64,000 bases of DNA, taken from IMG/VR virus record IMGVR_UViG_3300048687_000087, positions 1 to 64,000 of that record, one strand, 5' to 3'. This stretch comes from a virus. Below the pieces are notes generated by a model. It was given only the letters and a program-made list of their open reading frames with translations, was not told the origin of the DNA and did not search any database. A program made the position numbers and the translations under genes. Shown in pieces: positions 16,405 to 25,284 of the stretch; position 1 is the stretch's first letter; each line of letters starts with the position of its first letter.

Positions 16405-17228
16405 TGAACGCTCCACCGTCCCGCATCGGTTGGGATCCGCTCGTTGCGGTGTCCCTGATTGCCGGTGTCGGGTTCACGGCGATCGCCGAGTACCAGCTCG
16501 CCAGAACAATCGGCGCGCCCGTCCCGGTGGCGGTACTCCTGCCCGTCGCCCTCGACGTGTACGTCGTCGCTGCGATCCGTCGCTCCCGCGGCCGGGACAT
16601 CGCCCTCGCGCTCCTGTTGATGGGCGTCGCGCAGGTGTCAGCGCACATGCTCGAAGCCGGCGTCGTGGAGATCTCAGTACCGCTCGTCGCCGCCGTGTCG
16701 GTACTAGTACCGCTCGTCATCTGGCGAGTGCACGCACTGGCGGTACTGCCCGACAAGCAGCACGTGAAATCCGGTACCAAAGCGGGGGTCGCCGAGCATC
16801 CGGTACCGGATGCCACCGTCGAGCGAGTACCGGCACCGGAGACCGTCGCAGTACCGGATGCCGACCCGGTCCCGGTACCGGCTGCGAGCCGCCCGGAACT
16901 CGAAGCCGTACCGGAGTCAGTACCGGACCCGGTACCGGTACGGCCGCGTCGCCGCACCAGCAAGAGGACCGGGCGCAGTTCCGCCCCCAAGGCCCGCCCC
17001 AAGAAGACCGGTACTGCCTCGTTCGACGAGCACGTCCGTACCGCCATCGACTGGCTCGCCGACGACCCGACCCTGTCCGGTACCGCCATCGGCAAGAAGC
17101 TCGGTACCGGCGACTCCTACGGCCGGCGCGTCCGCCGCGAAGCCCTCGCCCAAGCCGGTACCGAACCGGCTCCTGGCCCCGAGCACCGGGACCACGACAG
17201 CAACGTCCCGACCCTCACCGGAAGCTGA
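16404..17228 (+). CDS. SpdA/SpdB-like multi-TM protein with C-terminal HTH
   Basis: About 4 TM helices (LPVALDVY), Pro-rich linker, LSGTAIGKKLGTGDSYGRRV HTH; immediately upstream of traB. Confidence 0.7.
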   Translation: MNAPPSRIGWDPLVAVSLIAGVGFTAIAEYQLARTIGAPVPVAVLLPVALDVYVVAAIRRSRGRDIALALLLMGVAQVSAHMLEAGVVEISVPLVAAVSVLVPLVIWRVHALAVLPDKQHVKSGTKAGVAEHPVPDATVERVPAPETVAVPDADPVPVPAASRPELEAVPESVPDPVPVRPRRRTSKRTGRSSAPKARPKKTGTASFDEHVRTAIDWLADDPTLSGTAIGKKLGTGDSYGRRVRREALAQAGTEPAPGPEHRDHDSNVPTLTGS

Positions 17229-17231
17229 CCC

Positions 17232-19367
17232 ATGACCACGACCGAGCCGATAACCGAGGTCGAAGAACGGCCTCTCAAGCTGGTCAAGCCGCCCGCCACC
17301 GAGACGCCCACGAAGACCCGTGCCGAGCGGCAGCGACTACGCCGCCTCAAGGCTGTGCTCGCCGACGAGCGCACCCGCGACGTGTACCGGCTCGCCGTCC
17401 GCCACGGCGCTTACGTTGCGGGCGGCGCCCGGATCATCACCCGCCGCGGATGGGACGACCGCAGTACCGCCCGCTACCAGCGGATGATCCGCACCGCTGA
17501 AGCCGCAGGGAACCGTGAACTCGCCGCCGACTGGGAAGAGCGCGCCCACCGGTTCCGGCAAGCACGCCACCAGCGCCGCATGGACCTCCTCACTTCCATG
17601 CGCAACGCGCCCAAAGCCGTCGGAGCCGGTGCCCTCACCGGCACGGGACTGCTCGCCGTCACCGGGATCGCCATCGCCGTCGCCAACAAGAACATCGCCG
17701 ACATACTGCTGCCCTTCGAGTTCGTCATCGGCATCGTGAGCTGGGCATACGTCATCGCCAGCGTGGTGTGGGCGACCGTGAAGCTCGCAGGCCCCAGCCT
17801 GGCTGTGCTCGCCCTGTGGAACCTCGGACGCCAGCGGCAGGCGGCCCCGGCGTGGGCGCTGCCGGAGAAACTCCGCACTGACGGAGGCCCGATCACCCCG
17901 TCGATCGTGGTGAAAGCCTTCCGTGACCTGCGGATTAGCGACCTGAAGAAGGCCATCCTGGACATGGAGGATGGCGGCGCATCCATGCTGTCGCCGATCG
18001 TCATCGCAGGCTGCGGCGTCGAAGTCGACGTCACCTTGCCGTCCAGCGTCTCCACCGACGAGATCGAGGCAAAGCGGCGCAAGCTCGCCGAGAACCTCAA
18101 CCGGCACGAGCACGAGCTGTACATTTCTGTCGCTCCGCAGCCGCGGACGGTGAAGCTGTGGATCGCCGACTCCGGTGCTCTCGACGAGCCGATCGGGCCG
18201 TCGCCGCTGGTCACAGACCCTGGCATGACCGCCGACTACAAGACCGGTCGTGCACCGTGGGGTGTCGACCTGCGCGGCGACGCCGTGTTGATGAGCCTGT
18301 TCCAGAAGATGGTGCTGGTCACGGGCCTGTCCAACCAGGGGAAGACGGCATCGTTGCGGGCCCTGGCTCTGTGGCTGGCTTTCGACCCGTCCGTCGAGTT
18401 CCGTATCGGTGACCTCAAGGGCATCGGCGACTGGCGAATGTTCGTCGGCCTCGCCACCGTCGTGATCGAGGGGCCGACGGACGAGCACGTCATGGACGTC
18501 ACGCACATGGTCGAGGACGGGTTCGAGGAGATGAACCGGAGGCTGCAGGCCCCCGAGGGCACTGTGTTCAAACCGCTGGTCATCATCGTTGACGAGGCGC
18601 AGGTCGCCTACGGGTCGGGTGCCCGGGAGACCTATGTGACGGACAACGGGACCGTGAAGTTCGGGGCACCTTACGGCGGGTCCAAGAGCACGAGCAGGTA
18701 CTTCCGGGCCGTCAAGGGCATCCACGACCAGGGCCGCGCCGTCAACGTGCTGATCTGGGAAGGCACCCAGGACCCGACGAACGAAAACCTGCCCAAGCGG
18801 TCCCGCGAGGGCAACCACATCCGGGCAGCGCTGGTCCTCGGCACCAAGTCCCAGGCCGAGATGGCGCTCGGCGAGGCGCCCGTAGAGAAGGGCGCCGCAC
18901 CGCACAAGCTGCGGCAGGGCTTCGACAAGGGACAACTCGTAGCCGCAGGTGAGGGCGTCCCGCTGGCCCCCGGCCAGGTGTCGCTGAACGTGCGCACGCA
19001 CTACATCAGCAACGACGACGCGAAGGAAGTCGCGGACCGGGCCAAGGCGCTGCGCAGGAAGGTCACCACGCTGCACAAGCTGGAGCCCGTCGAGGAACTG
19101 GACCCGCTGGCCGACATCGCAATCGTCATTGGCAGTACGGCGCGCATGCGGACGCAGGAAGTCCTTCAACTGCTGGCGGAACGCAACCCGGCTGGCTACC
19201 GAGAGTGGACGTTCCAGGACCTGAAGGAGGCCCTGGGAGTCGTCGACGCAGCCCCGCACAAGAGCGACGGGCAGATGGTCGTGGACCAACAGAAGGTCCA
19301 ACGGGCCCTCGCCGAACGCGACTCCAAGGACCAGGGAGGCGAGAAGAAGACAGGGAGTTCTCCCTGA
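17232..19367 (+). CDS. traB: TraB/TraSA-like FtsK/SpoIIIE conjugative DNA translocase
   Basis: N-terminal TMs, Walker A GLSNQGKT, DLKG, Walker B IIVDEAQ, C-terminal wHTH-like domain. Confidence 0.88.
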   Translation: MTTTEPITEVEERPLKLVKPPATETPTKTRAERQRLRRLKAVLADERTRDVYRLAVRHGAYVAGGARIITRRGWDDRSTARYQRMIRTAEAAGNRELAADWEERAHRFRQARHQRRMDLLTSMRNAPKAVGAGALTGTGLLAVTGIAIAVANKNIADILLPFEFVIGIVSWAYVIASVVWATVKLAGPSLAVLALWNLGRQRQAAPAWALPEKLRTDGGPITPSIVVKAFRDLRISDLKKAILDMEDGGASMLSPIVIAGCGVEVDVTLPSSVSTDEIEAKRRKLAENLNRHEHELYISVAPQPRTVKLWIADSGALDEPIGPSPLVTDPGMTADYKTGRAPWGVDLRGDAVLMSLFQKMVLVTGLSNQGKTASLRALALWLAFDPSVEFRIGDLKGIGDWRMFVGLATVVIEGPTDEHVMDVTHMVEDGFEEMNRRLQAPEGTVFKPLVIIVDEAQVAYGSGARETYVTDNGTVKFGAPYGGSKSTSRYFRAVKGIHDQGRAVNVLIWEGTQDPTNENLPKRSREGNHIRAALVLGTKSQAEMALGEAPVEKGAAPHKLRQGFDKGQLVAAGEGVPLAPGQVSLNVRTHYISNDDAKEVADRAKALRRKVTTLHKLEPVEELDPLADIAIVIGSTARMRTQEVLQLLAERNPAGYREWTFQDLKEALGVVDAAPHKSDGQMVVDQQKVQRALAERDSKDQGGEKKTGSSP

Positions 19368-19450
19368 GGGCCTCCCTGAGGCGCCTGACCCCATCTGACC
19401 AGCACGAATCGCTCTTTCAGGGAGGCAGGGAGGCGCTCGCAGCCTCCCTG
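19332..19450. repeat. clt-like cluster of CAGGGAG(G) repeats
   Basis: Copies at 19332, 19351, 19418, 19426 (+) and 19359, 19371, 19443 (-), at the 3' end of traB. Confidence 0.65.
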
Positions 19451-19530
19451 AAAGCCCCCGGAATCAGGGGTTTTCGAAGGAACGAGCCGGCTCCTCGACA
19501 ACCCAGGACCGCACGGAAACGAGGAAGCCG

Positions 19531-20271
19531 ATGCCATGCGTAGCCCACGACGAAGACCGACCCTGCGGCCGAGAGACCACCATGACCAGGCCCGTAGCGC
19601 TGTGTCACATCCATCGTGTTCAGGTCGCACTCGCTGTCATGCCCGAGCTGCTGAGCGAACACCTGGCAAGCGCCGCAACGCCACTCGCAATACCGAGCCT
19701 CTTACAGGGGCCCCATGACCCCATCGTCTACTTCCTCGGCCACCGCGACCGCATCAAGATCGGGTTCACGACCAATCTCAAGAAGCGCGTCAACGCCCTC
19801 GCGCTGCGCCCCGGCAGCATCCTGCTGGCCCTGGACGGCAGCGCCGATCTCGAGCAGGCCCTGCACGCCCGCTTCGCTCCTGCGCAGGTCGGTGACACCG
19901 AGTGGTTCGACAGCACCCCAGAGATCCGGCACTACATCGACAACCGCAGCACGTGGGCGCATGGACTGGCGCGGCGAGGGCCGCTGGACAACCAGAGAAG
20001 GCCAACGCTCGAACGGGCCTCGACCAATGCAGAGCGTGCAGTCCTGCTTGCCGATCTGGCAGAAGTTCTAGGAAGCGAGCCTCGTATGCGCACGAGGGAA
20101 GCACTGCAGCGTCTCGTCGAGAACGCGCCGGCCACGTATCGCAGCTGGACGTTCCGGGACCTCACCCAGGTACTTCGGGCCGCCAACTCGCCGCCTCGCA
20201 CCTACCAGGGCTTTCCGGTCGTCGACCGGCAGTCCGTCCACACGGCTCTAGCCGCACAGCAGTCTCAGTAG
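19531..20271 (+). CDS. GIY-YIG/T5orf172-like protein fused to a TraB-type C-terminal domain
   Basis: IVYFLGHRDRIKIGFTTNLKKR...E..LH.RF......EWF; C-terminus aligns with the TraB C-terminus. Confidence 0.78.
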   Translation: MPCVAHDEDRPCGRETTMTRPVALCHIHRVQVALAVMPELLSEHLASAATPLAIPSLLQGPHDPIVYFLGHRDRIKIGFTTNLKKRVNALALRPGSILLALDGSADLEQALHARFAPAQVGDTEWFDSTPEIRHYIDNRSTWAHGLARRGPLDNQRRPTLERASTNAERAVLLADLAEVLGSEPRMRTREALQRLVENAPATYRSWTFRDLTQVLRAANSPPRTYQGFPVVDRQSVHTALAAQQSQ

Positions 20272-20301
20272 CTACTTCACCCACCCAACCGAAGGAGTTC
20301 C

Positions 20302-20469
20302 GTGGCCAAGCCCAAGCCGTTGTACACGACCGGAGAGATCGCGCAGAACACGTTCATCGTCGGCACCGCCATGTTGCGCGGCGGGCGCCTCACCGACCGA
20401 CAGAAGCGCCGTCTGGAACGAATCCGCGACAACGCCATGGACCGCGGCGGCGTCACCGACAAGCACTGA
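20302..20469 (+). CDS. 55-aa protein (DUF6257-like)
   Basis: AAGGAG RBS; TTGEIA...KRRLERIRDNA. Confidence 0.55.
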   Translation: MAKPKPLYTTGEIAQNTFIVGTAMLRGGRLTDRQKRRLERIRDNAMDRGGVTDKH

Positions 20470-20492
20470 CCAACCCAACCCGAGGAGAACCC

Positions 20493-20705
20493 ATGTCCCA
20501 CATGACCACCGCCCCGCCCGCCGTACCGGAGACCAGCCTGTCGATCGACACGTTCGAGACCGTCGGCACCCTCGACAACCTGCACCCCGCGAAGTGGACG
20601 TCGGTCGTCTACGACCACGACGGCCAAATAGTCGCCAGCTCCGGCCTGAAGGACAGCGACCAGGAGTCCATCGACGCCGTCAACGCCCTGCTCGCCACGG
20701 TCTGA
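20493..20705 (+). CDS. Hypothetical protein
   Basis: GAGGAG RBS. Confidence 0.6.
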   Translation: MSHMTTAPPAVPETSLSIDTFETVGTLDNLHPAKWTSVVYDHDGQIVASSGLKDSDQESIDAVNALLATV

Positions 20706-20726
20706 GACCGAGAGGAGACCAGCCCC

Positions 20727-21251
20727 GTGAACGCGCTGCCCGAGCCGCGCCCGACCACAGTGGCCGGGCAGCCTGGCCCCACCCTGTCCGACTCCATCCT
20801 CGAAGCCGCGGTCGACAAGGCCATCGAGACGGCCCGCGAGGAGGGCACCAGCCCGCAGGTGTTGATCGGGAACACGCCGCACGTCTCACAACCCGACAGC
20901 CGCATCGTGCCCACCTGGGCGACGGGCATCGCGGTCGCCTCCCTCGGAGTTGGCGCCGGAGCGACGGGTCTCGGCTGTGCTGCCTGGCTGCTGTTCCAGG
21001 GGCTGTCGATGGTCAGCGTTCCGAGCCTGGAGCGGTTCGCATGGATCGTCATCGCCCCGTTCGCCGGACTCGCCATGGTCCTCACCGCCGGCGCCGCAGC
21101 CATCTCCAAGGCCAGGAAGGCGACCCCGCGCGAGATCCATAACCACAACAGCGGACCGGTCTTCGAGGACAACCGGCAGGACCACAGCACGACATCCACC
21201 CACAACAAGTGGTGGGGCAGGAGCTCCACCGAAACGGAGGGAAAGCCATGA
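20727..21251 (+). CDS. SpdD-like membrane protein
   Basis: Two TM helices and HNHNSGPVFED...KWWGR C-terminal motif. Confidence 0.6.
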   Translation: MNALPEPRPTTVAGQPGPTLSDSILEAAVDKAIETAREEGTSPQVLIGNTPHVSQPDSRIVPTWATGIAVASLGVGAGATGLGCAAWLLFQGLSMVSVPSLERFAWIVIAPFAGLAMVLTAGAAAISKARKATPREIHNHNSGPVFEDNRQDHSTTSTHNKWWGRSSTETEGKP

Positions 21252-21571
21252 CCGACACCCCCACCACCCCGACCGTCGAGCAGTTGAGCGAGTCCGCGAT
21301 CGCGCTCGGCGTCGAGGCGTACAAGGCCCACCGGGCGGCAGAACACACCGCGCCCGTCGTCAAGATGGCGTCCGCCGCCATTGCCAAAGCCGGGCAGGCC
21401 GGTGCTTCTGTCGGTTGGATCGCCGACCAGATCGACCTTCGGTATGCCGCATACCTGCTCAACATCCACACCCAGCCCGGATTTGAGGAGACCGTGGCGC
21501 TTGACGGAGACCTCGAGCACCCGGAGAACGCGGCCGGCGAGGTAGTCGACCTGACCGGGAAGGCGGCATGA
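21248..21571 (+). CDS. Hypothetical protein
   Basis: GGAGG RBS, ATGA overlap. Confidence 0.65.
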   Translation: MTDTPTTPTVEQLSESAIALGVEAYKAHRAAEHTAPVVKMASAAIAKAGQAGASVGWIADQIDLRYAAYLLNIHTQPGFEETVALDGDLEHPENAAGEVVDLTGKAA

Positions 21572-21765
21572 GCGGGCCCCTCGCACCGAAGCGACTCGCC
21601 ACGCTTGCCGCGGGTACGACGGCCGCGCTCGCCGCGGTCGCCGGCGCCAGTCATGCGGCGGGTGCACCCGAGACGCTCGTCGCCGCCACGGTCGGTGTCC
21701 TCGGCTTCGGCGGGGTATCCGTCGCCGCCGCCATACGCGGACAGAAGCAGGAGGCGGTCCGGTGA
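21568..21765 (+). CDS. Small membrane protein
   Basis: ATGA overlap, hydrophobic. Confidence 0.6.
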   Translation: MSGPLAPKRLATLAAGTTAALAAVAGASHAAGAPETLVAATVGVLGFGGVSVAAAIRGQKQEAVR

Positions 21766-22199
21766 CGATGCAGACGCCCATGAGTATCGGGGACGCGTTC
21801 AACGGCTTCGATTTCCGCACCAACGAGGGGCCCGAAGGGACCGACTACTTCTTCGCCGGACACCTCACGGCCGTACAGATCGCAGAAACGTACTACGCGA
21901 TCTACCCCGAGCACCGGACCCGATTCCCGTACACCGTTGACCCGGGCAGCGTCCGCCACACGTGGACGCGGTTCACTGAGCACGCCGACGACTGCTATCT
22001 CGTGACGGGCGACGAGGAGCCGGGCCCGCTCAACTTCGAGGAGTTCTACATCTGTTGCACCTGCCACTCCGCAGGTAACTCGGAGGTGGGCACCGGCTAC
22101 GAATACCGGCACGCCCACCCCGCCACAGAAGGCCAGTCCGGGGCGATACCCGTTACGTGGGTGTCCATCCCCATGGCCCGCGAGGAGCTCGCTGCCTGA
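21762..22199 (+). CDS. Hypothetical protein with Cys/His motifs
   Basis: GTGA overlap, GGAGG RBS. Confidence 0.65.
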   Translation: MTMQTPMSIGDAFNGFDFRTNEGPEGTDYFFAGHLTAVQIAETYYAIYPEHRTRFPYTVDPGSVRHTWTRFTEHADDCYLVTGDEEPGPLNFEEFYICCTCHSAGNSEVGTGYEYRHAHPATEGQSGAIPVTWVSIPMAREELAA

Positions 22200-22299
22200 C
22201 CCGCAACATCAGCGCGCCCCGGCAGGTCTAGTGCCGGGGCGCTGCTGTGACCGTACATGGAGCCGACTGTTCCTCTCGCAGCGCGGGCAGACCAGTCGC

Positions 22300-22707
22300 A
22301 TGTCGACGCCCGGGAACGACGAGCAACGGCGGGCCGAAGACGCCCGCTTGTGGGAGCACTGGCTGCACGAAGAGGAAATGATCTTCCAGCGCGGCAACCT
22401 GTTCCTCATCGCTCAATCGCTCCTCGCCGTCGCGTACAGCACGATCGCGACAGGCATCGGGGAGCATGGGCAAGCGCGCGTCATGGCCGCGTTCGGGATC
22501 GCGCTGACCCTGGGCTGGCTGTTCGTGGGCGACCGGCACCTCAAGTTTCACCAGGCGATCTATCGGCGCACTTTGGGGAGATTCCCTGATGTTGCAGCTA
22601 CTGAGGCCGCTTGTCGCAGGCCGGGCCCCACTACGCTGCCGTTCATCATTTATGGCCTGCCGTCCATGGCCGCGGTCATGTGGATTGTTCTGCTGATCAT
22701 CACCTAG
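22300..22707 (+). CDS. 3-TM membrane protein, candidate anti-phage effector/moron
   Basis: FQRGNLFLIAQSLL motif and TM helices; convergent terminator downstream. Confidence 0.65.
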   Translation: MSTPGNDEQRRAEDARLWEHWLHEEEMIFQRGNLFLIAQSLLAVAYSTIATGIGEHGQARVMAAFGIALTLGWLFVGDRHLKFHQAIYRRTLGRFPDVAATEAACRRPGPTTLPFIIYGLPSMAAVMWIVLLIIT

Positions 22708-22720
22708 GCCGACACGACAG

Positions 22721-22749
22721 GGCCCCGGCCGCTATCGGCGGTCGGGGCC
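22721..22749. terminator. Hairpin terminator between convergent morons
   Basis: GGCCCCGGCCGC-5nt-GCGGTCGGGGCC. Confidence 0.6.
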
Positions 22750-22753
22750 TTCG

Positions 22754-23260
22754 TTAAGGCGTCTTCTTCAGGAGCTCGTCGAGTTCCGTCCGGCAGGCGT
22801 CTGAGTAGGCCTGTCGGCGAGACTCGAACGCGGGGCTGTAGTAACGCTCGTGGAACATGCTGCGGTCGCCGCCGTGTCTGAAGCTTATGAGGCCCTCGTC
22901 CAGCTCGCGTGCGTACTCATAGAGCGCCGTCGCGGCGGAGGCCACGGGTGCGGGCCCGTGGAGTTCGATGAGGGTGAACGATGTGACGAGCGGAGTCCAT
23001 TCATCAAACAGGCTGAGCCACCGCTCCTCGTCATCGGGTGATCCATGGGAGTACGCCATGCAGGCATTGCGGTAGGCGGCAACATGGACGATGAAGTTCT
23101 CGTACACGGTGCGCCGTTTGTCGATCTCCGCTTTGCGGAGAGCGGCCTTCTCGCCTTCTTGTGCCTGCCTGAGGGCGTACCGGCTCGAGATTGCCTGACC
23201 TACGACGGCGGCGCCCCCACCGATGAGAGCGCCGATCACCCCTGCTATCGCACTATCCAT
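22754..23260 (-). CDS. N-terminal TM hypothetical protein (moron)
   Basis: AIAGVIGALIGGGAAVVG anchor then helical domain. Confidence 0.65.
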   Translation of the reverse strand: MDSAIAGVIGALIGGGAAVVGQAISSRYALRQAQEGEKAALRKAEIDKRRTVYENFIVHVAAYRNACMAYSHGSPDDEERWLSLFDEWTPLVTSFTLIELHGPAPVASAATALYEYARELDEGLISFRHGGDRSMFHERYYSPAFESRRQAYSDACRTELDELLKKTP

Positions 23261-23568
23261 GCGTGCGAGTCTCATGGTCGTGGAGATCAACTGTCAGGCG
23301 GTCGGCGCCGTTTGCTCTTGATCGTTACCCGCCGCCGGTACAGCACGCGCCACCCAGCCGCGGCCTGCCGCATCCGTCGGCGTGGTGGCGGGCTGTAACC
23401 CCATCCGCTCGCATAGCAGCCGCAGTTGCTCCAGGCAGGCTGCACGGGATCCGGCGCGCACCATGAACACGACGTCGTCCATGACTGGAGTGTGCCCGGG
23501 ACGGTGGGGGAGTAGGGCCGAAACCCGGGAACCTTCGACTCAACGCTGCCTCAGGCCAAGGTCGACTC

Positions 23569-24288
23569 TCATGGCGACTGTGCCCACGTGCCGCAGTCAC
23601 GTGAGGTGAACAGTTCTCCGGCGTTCACGGTTACCGTGATGCTCTTCGCAGCGGTTGCGAAGTGGTTGGCAAGGATGTCGCCGCCCTTTGTCGTCCGCTC
23701 CCAATAGCAGTCCGCGAGATCGCCCGTGGCACGGTACGTGCCTGGTGGTGCCGTTTCTGCGCTAAGCCCACCACCCTGCTTGATGGTGTACGTGCCCGAC
23801 GACATGGTCCGAACCGACACTGATCCGCCGAGGGCCTCGGCAATCTCCGTTGCGTGCTGCGGACACAGGGGCTTCGCGCCCTCCTTGAGGACCCGCTTCA
23901 TCCCGGCGGTCATCTCCGGCACCTGGTTCTTCGCGAGGGTCTCTGCCGCACCCGGCTCCCAAGAGTCCATCGACTCGCACATCATCAGCACGTACTCAGA
24001 CGCCTGCGTATATCCCTCGGCCTCCCAGCCTTTGGCGTCCGCGGTTGTATCGAATGCCAACGATGCCTTCGTATCCGGGTACTCGTCGGACGGTTCTTCT
24101 TCTGACTCGTCGACGACGGCGTCGCCGCTATCGTCGCCGTAGCCCAAGTCCTTGTTGAGCTGGTCGATCGACTCGTCAGACGCTGTGGCCTTCTCGCGTG
24201 GAGTGTCATCTCCCCCGCAGCCCGCCGCACCGACCCCGAATACCGCCACTGCCATTACGGCAGCCCCCACCCTGCGCATGTTCCTCAT
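23569..24288 (-). CDS. Lipoprotein (possible superinfection exclusion)
   Basis: Signal peptide with lipobox AAGC; GTYR....DCYWER domain. Confidence 0.75.
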   Translation of the reverse strand: MRNMRRVGAAVMAVAVFGVGAAGCGGDDTPREKATASDESIDQLNKDLGYGDDSGDAVVDESEEEPSDEYPDTKASLAFDTTADAKGWEAEGYTQASEYVLMMCESMDSWEPGAAETLAKNQVPEMTAGMKRVLKEGAKPLCPQHATEIAEALGGSVSVRTMSSGTYTIKQGGGLSAETAPPGTYRATGDLADCYWERTTKGGDILANHFATAAKSITVTVNAGELFTSRDCGTWAQSP

Positions 24289-24372
24289 GCCCCGCATAGT
24301 CCGCCGTCGATGCTGCAGGGAGAAGCGGTCTCCAGGATTCGCTGAACAGTCGTTACATTGCGGCGAGATGCC

Positions 24373-24546
24373 CTATCGCCCGCGGGTGCCATTGCGGGCC
24401 ATGCGGGAGCGGGCGGCGTGGGTGCGGCCGGCGTTGCTGATGCGGGCGGCCTTCGTCTTGGAGGCCCCTTGTCGGCGGAGCGCGCGGTAGACGTTCCAGC
24501 GGCTGCGGTAGACGAAGCCATGGCGTCCGCCTCGATCGCTGACCAT
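24373..24546 (-). CDS. Small basic protein
   Basis: GGAGG RBS; YRALRRQGASKTKAARISN motif. Confidence 0.6.
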   Translation of the reverse strand: MVSDRGGRHGFVYRSRWNVYRALRRQGASKTKAARISNAGRTHAARSRMARNGTRGR

Positions 24547-24633
24547 GCGCACCTCCGGCCTCAGCTTCACCTTCAATAATGCGCCCGAGTGGGGTGTTGG
24601 TCAGGCCATAGGGGTGAAGTTTGTGGTGGTGAC

Positions 24634-24652
24634 CTACGATTCAAAGGTGAAG
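24634..24652 (+). promoter_or_regulatory. Late-gene regulatory motif copy
   Basis: CTACGATTCAAAGGTGAAG; GATTCAAAGGTGAAG is repeated exactly at 26831. Confidence 0.55.
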
Positions 24653-24680
24653 GGTGTTCATTCTGGAGTCGAGGAGACCC

Positions 24681-25283
24681 ATGGCCGGCCCGTTTCCATA
24701 CCGGAAGAAGAACACGCCCGACCGCGTCCATGCTGCCGAGGTCGTCTTCGAACTCAAGGCGCGCGGCCTGACGTTCGCCGCCATCGACGATCTCACCTCC
24801 GATCCCGACGGCCCCACCGGCGGGCATCGCATTGCCGCCAGCACTGCCCGCGATCTCGTTCGTGAAGAAGCCGCGCGCCGCCTCGACCCGAAGATCGACA
24901 CGTGGCGGGCCGTCGTCCTCGAACGCATCGAGAACGCCCTCCCGCGCCTCGACCGCCTTGAGCAAGTCGCCCTCGGCGTCCTGGAGAAGCACCACATCAC
25001 CGTCAACAACGGGCGGATCATCAAGCTCGACGACGGCGAACCCCTCGCCGACTACGGGCCCGTCCTCGCCGCCATCGACCGCCTCGTCAAAATCGAAGGC
25101 GAACGCACGAAGAACCACGACGCCCTCCGCAAACTCTTCGGCCTCGACATGCCCGTCCGAGTCGACGCCACCATCACCGAAACCACCCAACAGGACATTG
25201 AACTGCAGGAACTCATACGGGAAGCCAAGGTGAGGGTGGCGGGCGAAGAGCAGCAGATCACCGAAGGCGTCGACGAGGCCTGA
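24681..25283 (+). CDS. terS: Terminase small subunit
   Basis: HTH-like N-terminus, RKLFGLDMP motif, directly upstream of terL. Confidence 0.75.
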   Translation: MAGPFPYRKKNTPDRVHAAEVVFELKARGLTFAAIDDLTSDPDGPTGGHRIAASTARDLVREEAARRLDPKIDTWRAVVLERIENALPRLDRLEQVALGVLEKHHITVNNGRIIKLDDGEPLADYGPVLAAIDRLVKIEGERTKNHDALRKLFGLDMPVRVDATITETTQQDIELQELIREAKVRVAGEEQQITEGVDEA

Positions 25284-25284
25284 C

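Noticed and set aside
17337-19394. Long antisense ORFs (also 25615-27264, 36133-38100, 39784-41025)
   Set aside because: Shadow frames of real high-GC genes; no RBS or recognisable motifs
9470-22199. Autonomous AICE inserted into the phage
   Set aside because: No own integrase, Rep or visible flanking direct repeats; cannot be fully excluded without comparative data
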